DNA from: Candidatus Latescibacterota bacterium
GTDB taxonomy: Bacteria; Latescibacterota; UBA2968; UBA8231
Assembly (NCBI GenBank): GCA_965203175.1
Contig: OZ241867.1
Location: 416,001-480,000 of the forward strand
Length of the DNA stretch: 64,000 nt
Reading direction: 5' to 3'
Part shown: in pieces, positions 39,718-47,340 of the stretch
How the letters are laid out: the number at the start of each line of letters is the position of its first letter
Position numbering within the stretch: position 1 is the stretch's first letter
Program-made: the position numbers and the translations under genes
The notes under the pieces: model-generated
What the model saw: the letters and a program-made list of their open reading frames with translations, nothing else
Databases searched by the model: none
What the model was told of the DNA's origin: nothing

Positions 39718-42700
39718 CTACTTGAGCAGCAGCATCTTCTTGACTTCGCGGAACTCGCCGCCCGCCTGCAAGCGGTAGAAATACATCCCCGACGACAAGC
39801 TGTGTCCCCTGTCGTTGGTCGCATCCCACTCCACTGCGTAGCGACCCGCGCTCTGGTGCTCGGCAACCAGCGTCCGAACCAGCTGACCAACCACGTTATA
39901 CACGGTCAACTCCACATCCGCCGCCTGCGGCAGCGCATACTGGATCATCGTGGCCGGGTTGAACGGGTTGGGGAAGTTGTCGGCCAAGGAAAAGGCCGTC
40001 GGCCGCGTCTGCAACGAAAGCGACGCGCTCGCCCCATTGGCGTCCGTAACCGTGTACATATAGGCGGTTTCGGCCGCCGCTCTCGGCGTGCCCGCAATGG
40101 TTCGCGTGACCGCATCAAACGTCAAGCCCGCGGGCAGGGCCGGCGACAGGCTGTAGGTCAGCGGTGCGGTGCCGCCCGATGCTGCCGGCAGCACGATGCC
40201 CTCTACGCGCTGACCAACGATGAATTCGCGGATTTCAGCCAAGTCGTGCGAGGCCGTCGGAATGACCTTACCGGAGGAACCGAAAAAGTCAAAAAAGTCG
40301 CCGAGCGACAGCCCCTCATTGACCGTGATGTTGAAGGTCAACACAGCGGCGCTCCCGCCGCTGTCGATCACCGTGTAGATGACGATGACCGCGCCATCGG
40401 TCGCTGCCGTAGGCGTGCCCGAAATCGTCCGCGTGCCCGCGTCAAATACCAAGCCTGCGGGCAGGGCCGAGACGCTGTACACCAGCGGTGCAGTGCCGCC
40501 CGATGCTGCCGGCAGCACAAGCGGGGTAATCGTCGTCCCAGCGGTGTACGATTGGTCTGGGATCGCGGTGTTGTCGGCGAAGGCGAGGGACGAATCACCC
40601 GGATCACCCGGATCACCCGGATCAGGCGTCATCGGTGCTTGGTCGCTCAGGGTGATCTCTGCCTCATCTCCCGCCAGCCCGTTAACTACACCGATCAGCT
40701 TGATGGTCTCGTTGCCCTCCACTAGATCGTCGTCGATTATGCGGATCGCAAACTGCGTGGACCCCATTATCGCGCCGGCTGGAATCACAATCAGCGGATT
40801 GAATAGCGCAGCGTAATCTACATCGCGCGTCGCCGTTGACGTACCATCAATGGCTATTACCACAGTTGCGTTCTCTCCCAACACCTTCCCGTTCAACGTG
40901 GCGGTCACCGTAACATTAACCTCACCGCTTCCCTCAATTATCGCGTGCGGATTCACCGACAGCGCGATGGCCGTACTCGGCGTTTCGTCATCGACGATTT
41001 TGATGTCCGTCATTAGCGTCGCACCAGAGGCGAACGTAGCCTGCACACCTATTGCTCTCAGGCCGTCCACTGCGGTGTTGTTAATGGGGGTGAAGGTGAG
41101 GATCGTCGTCCCAACGGTAGTACCGGCCGGAATGGAAACAACCGTCTCCAAGGATGCAACGTAGTCCACATCGCGCACGGCCTGCCTGCCTTCGCTTGGA
41201 GCAACAACCGTGAACGTCACGATCTCGGGTGCGGTCTTGGCAGGATCCAAGGCCACGGTCAACGCGATTTGCGTCGTCCCAGCGTCCTCGCGGATCACCG
41301 AAGGAGTCGCCATTAGCTGCGCATCGGCAACCGGGGGCGGCATCTCACCCTCTTCGACCGTGATGGAGAAGATCAACGCGCTGGCGTCCCTGTCGCTGTC
41401 GATCACCGTGTAGATGATGGTGACCGCGCCATTGGTCGCAGCCGTAGGCATGCCCGAAAGCGTCCGCGTGGCCGCGTCAAACACCAAGCCCGCCGGTAGA
41501 GTCGAGACGCTGTACGTCAGAGGTGCAGTGCCGCCCCTAGCTTCCGGCAGTACGAGCGCGTTTATCGCCGTTCCAACCGTGTACGATTGGTTGGCAATCG
41601 AATCCGCGGCAGCGAAGGTCGGGCGCGTCGGATCCTGCGGCCCAGGCTGCTCCCCGACCGCGCTGGAATCTTTCAGCGTTATCGCCACTGGAGCGACTAT
41701 CAGCTCCTGGATGTCCCCATCTTCATCTATGGCTCTGGGGTTCCCCAGACTCCTCAAGCCGATCTTCTCGTCGCCTTCCGTCCTGCTGTCGGCGAGGGGA
41801 GTGATGGAGAGCGTCGCCGTCCCTTGTATCGCGCCGCCTGGAATCACCAAAGGGCTAAGGACGGCTGTGTAGTCTAAATCGCGCGTCGCCGCCTTATCAT
41901 TCTCATCCACCTTTCCATCGTTATTAATGTCGTCACTAATGACCAAGGCCACGACCACGTTATCGCCAAAGACCTTCCCCTGCAAGGTGCCGGTCACTGT
42001 AACTGCGGTCGGACCTGCTCCCTCGGTTATCTGGGCTGGACTCACCTCTAGCGTGATCGAATCGCTCGTCGTGTCGTCGTCGGTAATCAGGATTCCCGTG
42101 CTGAAGAGTGGGTTGTTGCCAACCCTCGCATTCACCGTGAAAGCTCGGGGATCATCTTTGTCGTTGTTGTCCCTGGGGGTGACGGTCATCGTCGTCGTCC
42201 CCTTGGTCTCACCCTTCGGGATGATGAGCGGCTCCACGCTCGCAGAGTAATCCACATCGCGCTGCGCCGCCACAGCACCGTTGAAATCGTCACCCGGAAT
42301 GTCGCTGTCGTCCGAAATAGTGAACTGCACTATTTCGTCCGTCACCAAGGCGTTTTGCAAGGTAACTTCCAGCGTGATCACCTTCGGCCCAGCGTCTTCG
42401 CGGATCGAGAAAGGCGTTGCTGTCAGCCCAGTAATCGCTTTAGCGGGATCACCTGTTAGATCGATTGACGCACCATTAACCATTATCGTACGTCCATCTT
42501 CAACTTGCGGGTTTTTACTAGCAACCACCCGAATGACGCCGGTTCCCGCGTTCTTGGGGCGGATGGTAATCGTCGCCCTCCCCGATATCCTGCGGTCTGG
42601 AATGGTTATCGGGGCCATCGTCGCAGTGTAATCCACATCGCGCTCCGCGCTACCCGCAAAATCCTCATCAAGAGTCAAGGCAAAGCGCAGGTCTTCTCCC

Positions 42701-45700
42701 AGCGTACTTCCATTTAGGGTGGCCGTCACGACGATATCGGTCGTACCATCACTCTTGCCTATACTGGCATCAGAGAACGAGAGATTGATCTGTGTACTTG
42801 GCTTGTCGTCGTCAACTAGCTCAATCGTCGTATCCCCGACGTTCCCAGCACCGGCCCTACCTTCGATTGTGATCGGAAGATCATTGTTTTCGACCGCATC
42901 ATCAATGGGAGTGAAGGAGATCGTCCCCACCGCCTCTTTCTCGCCTTTCGGAATCCTGAGAGTGGGCAGCGTTATGAGGAAGCGGCTGTTGAGACCGGCA
43001 ACGGATTCTGCTGCGAGATTCAAGGCTACATACGTATCCACCGTCACTGTGTTGGGTGTTTTGGCTTTCACCGTGATATCGGTCGTACCGGCATCCTCGC
43101 GCACACTACTAGGATTCACCGTTAGGGTAATAGCACCCTCCAGCAGTTCGTCGTTGTCTTCGATCGTGCCTGTCGCCATCGCAGTGGCCAGCGTCACGCC
43201 GGCCGACGGGCTCGACAGCGTCAGCGTAAAGGTCTCCTTCGGCTCATTGAAACTGTCGTCTGTGGTGAGCACAGACACCGTCTTAGACATCTCACCCGAT
43301 GCGAAAGTCAGCACACCCGACACCGCCGTGAAGTCGGTGCCGCTGGCCGTGTCGCTAGACCCAATCGAAGTCGCGTAAGTCACCGTCACGTCTTGCCCGC
43401 TCACCGGCGACAGCGTCACCGTGAAGACCACCGGACTGCCTTCCTCGCCGCTTGCAGCCGCCACGCTCAGCGACGGCGAGGCCTCGTCGTCTATGATCGT
43501 GCCCGTCGCTGTCGCGTCGGTGGGGGACAGCGTTGCGCCCGACGGGCTCGACAGCGTCAGCGTAAAGGTCTCGTTCGGCTCATCAACACTGTCGTCTATG
43601 GTGACCACAGGCACCATCTTAGACAGCTCACCCGATGCGAAAGTCAGCGTCCCCGACGCCGCCGTGAAGTCGGTGCCGCTGGTTGCCGTGCCGGGCGCGG
43701 TCGCGTAAGTCACCGTCACGTCTTGCCCGCTCACCGGCGACAGCGTCACCGTGAAGACTACCGGACTGCCTTCCTCGCCGCTTGCAGCGGCCACGCTCAG
43801 CGACGGCGAGCCGTCGTTGTCCGTGATCGTGCCCGTCGCCGTCTCAGTGGCCAGCGTCACGTCGGCCGACGGGTTCAACAGCACTAGCGTAAAGGTCTCC
43901 TTCGGCTCATCAACAGTGTCGTCTATGGTGACCACAGACACCGTCTTAGACGTCTCACCCGATGCGAAAGTCAGCACACCCGACGACGCCGTGAAGTCGG
44001 CACCGCTGGTTGCCGTGCCAGACGTGGTCGCGTAAGCCACCTCCACCGTCTCGGTGCTCACCGCCCGTGACAGCGTCATCGTGAAGACCACCGGACTGCC
44101 TTCCACGCCGCTTTCAGCGGCCACGCTCAGCGACAGCGGATCGTCGTTGTCTTCGATCGTGCCTGTCGCCGTCGCAGTGGCCAGCGTCACGCCGGCCGAC
44201 GGGTTCAACAGCACTAGCGTAAAGGTCTCGTTCGGCTCATCAACACTGTCGTCTAGGGTGACCACAGACACCATCTTAGACATCTCACCCGATGCGAAAG
44301 TCAGCGTCCCCGACGCCGCCGTGAAGTCGGTGCCGCTGGTTGCCGTGCCTGGCGTGGTCGCGTAAGTCACCTCCACCGGCTGTGTGCTCACCGCCCGTGA
44401 CAGCGTCACCGTGAAGACCACCGGACTGCCTTCCACGCCGCTTTCAGCGGCCACGCTCAGCGACAGCGGATCGTCGTTGTCCGTGATCGTGCCCGTCGCC
44501 GTCGCAGTGGCCACCGACGCACTCGACAGCACCAGCGTAAAGGTCTCGTCCTGCTCATCAACACTGTCGTCTAGGGTGACCACAGACACCGTCTTAGACG
44601 TCTCACCCGATGCGAAAGTCAGCACACCTGACGCCGCCGTGAAGTCGGTGCCGCTGGTTGCCGTGCCTGGCGTGGTCGCGTAAGTCACCTCCACCGGCTG
44701 TGTGCTCACCGCCCGTGACAGCGTCACCGTGAAGACCACCGGACTGCCTTCCACGACGGGATCAGCGGCCACGCTCAGCGACAGCGGCCCGTCGTTGTCT
44801 TCGATCGTGCCTGTCGCCGTCGCAGTGGCCAGCGTCGCGCCGCCCGACGGGTTCAACAGCACCAGCGTAAAGGTCTCATCCTGCTCATCAACACTGTCGT
44901 CTAGGGTGACCACAGACACCGTCTTAGACGTCTCACCCGATGCGAAAGTCAGCGTCCCCGACGCCGCCGTGAAATCGGTGCCGCTGGTTGCCGTGCCTGG
45001 CGTGGTCGCGTAAGTCACCTCCACGGATTGCCCGCTCACCGCCCGTGACAGCGTCACCGTGAAGACCACCGGACTGCCTTCCACGACGGGATCAGCGGCC
45101 ACGCTCAACGACAGCGGTCCGTCGTTGTCTTTAATCGTGCCTGTCGCCGTCGGAGTGGCCAGCGTCACGTCAGCCGACGCGTTAAACAGCACCAGCGTGA
45201 AGGTCTCGTCCTGCTCATCAACACTGTCGTCTAGGGTGACCACAGACACCGTCTTAGACACCTCACCCGCTGTAAAAGTCAGCATACCCGACATCGCCGT
45301 GAAGTCGGTGCCGCTGGTTGCCGTGCCGGAGGCGGTCGCGTAAGTCACCTCCACCGTCTCGGTGCTCACCGCCCGTGACAGCGTCACCGTGAAGACCACC
45401 GGATTGCCTTCCACGACGGGATCAGCGACCACGCTCAGCGACAGCGGCCCGTCGTTGTCTTTAATTGTGCCTGTCGCCGTCGGAGTGGCCAGCGTCACGC
45501 CGGCCGACGGGTTAAACAGCGTCAGCGTAAAGGTCTCGTCCTGCTCATCAACGCTGTCGTCTAGGGTGACCACAGACACCGTCTTAGACGCCTCACCCGC
45601 TGTAAAAGTCAGCGTCCCCGACGCCGCCGTGAAGTCGGTGCCGCTGGTTGCCGTGACAGGCGTGGTCACGTAAGTCACCTCCACCGTCTCGGTGCTCACC

Positions 45701-47235
45701 GCCCGTGACAGCGTCACCGTGAAGACCACCGGACTGCCTTCCACGACGGGCTCAGCGACCACGCTCAGCGACAGCGGCTCGTCGTTGTCTTTAATCGTGC
45801 CTGTCGCCGTCGGAGTGGCCAGCGTTACGCCGGCCGACGGGCTCGACAGCATCAGCGTAAAGGTCTCATCCGGCTCATCAACAGTGTCGTCTATGGTGAC
45901 CACAGGCACCGTCTTAGACCTCTCACCCGCTGTAAAAGTCAGCCTACCCGACGTCTCCATGAAGTCGGTGCCGCTGGTTGCCGTGACAGGCGTGGTCGCG
46001 TAAGTCACCTCCACCGTCTGTGTGCTCGCCGCCGACAGCGTCACCGTGAAGACCACCGGACTGCCTTCCACGACGGGCTCAGCGGCCGCGCTCAGCGACG
46101 GGAATTGGCTGATAATCGTACCCGTCGCCGCCGAGGTGGCCAGCGTTGCGTTCGTCGCCGCCGTCAGCAACAGTGTGAAGGTCTCGTCAGGTTCTGTAGT
46201 GCCTTCGTTTATGATTGCCACAGATATCGTCCCCGTCGTCGCACCCGCAGCAATAGTCAGCGTCCCCCCGGTCGTCGCCCCGAAGTCGGTGCCGCTGGTT
46301 GCCGTGCCGGGGGCGGTCGAGTAAGTCACCGTCACGTCTTGCCCGCTCGCCGCCGACAGCGTTACCTCGAAGTGCATAAAGGTTCCTTCGTTCGCTCTCG
46401 CGTTGGCCACGTTCACCAACGGCGGGTTGTCGTTGTCGGTAATCGTACCCTTCGCCGTCGCGGTGCCCAACCCTGCGTTCACCGGCTCCGGATTCGCCAG
46501 CAGCGTCAGCGTGAAGGTCTCCCCATTAGCCTCATCGTTATCACCCTCATCGGCACTGTCGTCTATGATTGGCACAGATATCGTCCCCGTCTCCGCACCC
46601 GCAGCAATAGTCAGCGTCCCCGTCGTCGCCGCGAAGTCGGCTTGGACGGCATCGTCGTCATTCGCAACCGAGGTCGCGTAATTCACCTCCACGGATAGCC
46701 CGCTCACCGCCGACAGCGTCACCGGGAAGTTCATAGTTCCAGCACCCTCGGACGCGGTCACGGCGGCCACGCTCACCGTCGGCGGAGCGTCGTTGTCTAT
46801 GATCCCGCCCTTTGCGGTCGGGACCAAGATCGTTCCACTCGACGCGCTCAACAGCCTCAGCGTGAAGGTCTCCCCACTAGCAGCATCGTTATCACCCTCA
46901 TCGATATCGTCGTCTGTGGTGGGCACACTTATCACCCCCGACGTCGTCGTACCCACACCAATAGTCGCCACACCCGGTACCGCCGTGAAATCGGTTCCTA
47001 GCGTTGCCGTGTCGCCAGGCTCAATCGTGAGCGTGTAGTTCACACGCACCTCCTGAGTGCTCGTCTCCGTCATGTGCACCGTGAACTCCACAGGAGAACC
47101 CTCGGTCGCGCTCGCGTACGTAACATATATCTGCTGCGCCACGGCCTCCTCGGCCCCCCCCAACACCAAACCGACGGCCAGCAGCCAAGGCGCGTACGCC
47201 AATCGCCGCAGCAAAAGCTTTGAATATCGTAGCAT
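39718..47235 (-). CDS. Giant secreted Calx-beta repeat adhesin-like protein with FlgD-Ig/T9SS-like CTD (paralog B', 2505 aa)
   Basis: Signal peptide AVA|Q; 12 N-terminal canonical Calx-beta repeats (EG..V.FTVTLS...V.Y.T..GTA.SG.DF...SG.LTF..GE..KTV.V...DD..DE..ETFTL.L....ATGTI.DND); then a paralog-B-like body and CTD. Confidence 0.9.
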   Translation of the reverse strand: MLRYSKLLLRRLAYAPWLLAVGLVLGGAEEAVAQQIYVTYASATEGSPVEFTVHMTETSTQEVRVNYTLTIEPGDTATLGTDFTAVPGVATIGVGTTTSGVISVPTTDDDIDEGDNDAASGETFTLRLLSASSGTILVPTAKGGIIDNDAPPTVSVAAVTASEGAGTMNFPVTLSAVSGLSVEVNYATSVANDDDAVQADFAATTGTLTIAAGAETGTISVPIIDDSADEGDNDEANGETFTLTLLANPEPVNAGLGTATAKGTITDNDNPPLVNVANARANEGTFMHFEVTLSAASGQDVTVTYSTAPGTATSGTDFGATTGGTLTIAAGATTGTISVAIINEGTTEPDETFTLLLTAATNATLATSAATGTIISQFPSLSAAAEPVVEGSPVVFTVTLSAASTQTVEVTYATTPVTATSGTDFMETSGRLTFTAGERSKTVPVVTIDDTVDEPDETFTLMLSSPSAGVTLATPTATGTIKDNDEPLSLSVVAEPVVEGSPVVFTVTLSRAVSTETVEVTYVTTPVTATSGTDFTAASGTLTFTAGEASKTVSVVTLDDSVDEQDETFTLTLFNPSAGVTLATPTATGTIKDNDGPLSLSVVADPVVEGNPVVFTVTLSRAVSTETVEVTYATASGTATSGTDFTAMSGMLTFTAGEVSKTVSVVTLDDSVDEQDETFTLVLFNASADVTLATPTATGTIKDNDGPLSLSVAADPVVEGSPVVFTVTLSRAVSGQSVEVTYATTPGTATSGTDFTAASGTLTFASGETSKTVSVVTLDDSVDEQDETFTLVLLNPSGGATLATATATGTIEDNDGPLSLSVAADPVVEGSPVVFTVTLSRAVSTQPVEVTYATTPGTATSGTDFTAASGVLTFASGETSKTVSVVTLDDSVDEQDETFTLVLSSASVATATATGTITDNDDPLSLSVAAESGVEGSPVVFTVTLSRAVSTQPVEVTYATTPGTATSGTDFTAASGTLTFASGEMSKMVSVVTLDDSVDEPNETFTLVLLNPSAGVTLATATATGTIEDNDDPLSLSVAAESGVEGSPVVFTMTLSRAVSTETVEVAYATTSGTATSGADFTASSGVLTFASGETSKTVSVVTIDDTVDEPKETFTLVLLNPSADVTLATETATGTITDNDGSPSLSVAAASGEEGSPVVFTVTLSPVSGQDVTVTYATAPGTATSGTDFTAASGTLTFASGELSKMVPVVTIDDSVDEPNETFTLTLSSPSGATLSPTDATATGTIIDDEASPSLSVAAASGEEGSPVVFTVTLSPVSGQDVTVTYATSIGSSDTASGTDFTAVSGVLTFASGEMSKTVSVLTTDDSFNEPKETFTLTLSSPSAGVTLATAMATGTIEDNDELLEGAITLTVNPSSVREDAGTTDITVKAKTPNTVTVDTYVALNLAAESVAGLNSRFLITLPTLRIPKGEKEAVGTISFTPIDDAVENNDLPITIEGRAGAGNVGDTTIELVDDDKPSTQINLSFSDASIGKSDGTTDIVVTATLNGSTLGEDLRFALTLDEDFAGSAERDVDYTATMAPITIPDRRISGRATITIRPKNAGTGVIRVVASKNPQVEDGRTIMVNGASIDLTGDPAKAITGLTATPFSIREDAGPKVITLEVTLQNALVTDEIVQFTISDDSDIPGDDFNGAVAAQRDVDYSASVEPLIIPKGETKGTTTMTVTPRDNNDKDDPRAFTVNARVGNNPLFSTGILITDDDTTSDSITLEVSPAQITEGAGPTAVTVTGTLQGKVFGDNVVVALVISDDINNDGKVDENDKAATRDLDYTAVLSPLVIPGGAIQGTATLSITPLADSRTEGDEKIGLRSLGNPRAIDEDGDIQELIVAPVAITLKDSSAVGEQPGPQDPTRPTFAAADSIANQSYTVGTAINALVLPEARGGTAPLTYSVSTLPAGLVFDAATRTLSGMPTAATNGAVTIIYTVIDSDRDASALIFSITVEEGEMPPPVADAQLMATPSVIREDAGTTQIALTVALDPAKTAPEIVTFTVVAPSEGRQAVRDVDYVASLETVVSIPAGTTVGTTILTFTPINNTAVDGLRAIGVQATFASGATLMTDIKIVDDETPSTAIALSVNPHAIIEGSGEVNVTVTATLNGKVLGENATVVIAIDGTSTATRDVDYAALFNPLIVIPAGAIMGSTQFAIRIIDDDLVEGNETIKLIGVVNGLAGDEAEITLSDQAPMTPDPGDPGDPGDSSLAFADNTAIPDQSYTAGTTITPLVLPAASGGTAPLVYSVSALPAGLVFDAGTRTISGTPTAATDGAVIVIYTVIDSGGSAAVLTFNITVNEGLSLGDFFDFFGSSGKVIPTASHDLAEIREFIVGQRVEGIVLPAASGGTAPLTYSLSPALPAGLTFDAVTRTIAGTPRAAAETAYMYTVTDANGASASLSLQTRPTAFSLADNFPNPFNPATMIQYALPQAADVELTVYNVVGQLVRTLVAEHQSAGRYAVEWDATNDRGHSLSSGMYFYRLQAGGEFREVKKMLLLK
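43150..46110 (-). repeat. Intragenic tandem repeat, 9 near-identical units of about 330 bp (Calx-beta); 3 more diverged units extend to about 47130
   Basis: Recurrent GTGAAGACCACCGGACTGCCTTCC at about 330-bp spacing (one unit is 318 bp); the antisense ORF track shows the same periodicity. Confidence 0.92.
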
Positions 47236-47284
47236 TACTCTACCTCCCCAAGTTAAGAGTAATTACTGGTGATTTAGAATGTGG

Positions 47285-47322
47285 GAGCTAGGGCCTCGCG
47301 TTGAAGTTGGAGACCCTAGCTC
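47285..47322 (-). terminator. Diverged copy of the conserved hairpin, after paralog C
   Basis: GAGCTAGGGCCTC...GAGACCCTAGCTC; the single mismatch becomes a G-U pair on the coding (minus) strand. Confidence 0.7.
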
Positions 47323-47340
47323 ACTGATTTACTGCAGATG

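Noticed and set aside
43150-46110. Tandem repeats as a CRISPR array
   Set aside because: Units are about 330 bp, in-frame and protein-coding, with no unique spacers and no cas genes.
29108-47340. Post-stop hairpins as integron attC sites (gene-cassette array)
   Set aside because: The CAAC...GTTAG spacing is only about 22 nt, there is no RYYYAAC/GTTRRRY box pair enclosing the stem, no extrahelical-base pattern and no integrase in the window. The hairpins fit terminator/stabiliser RNA structures better.
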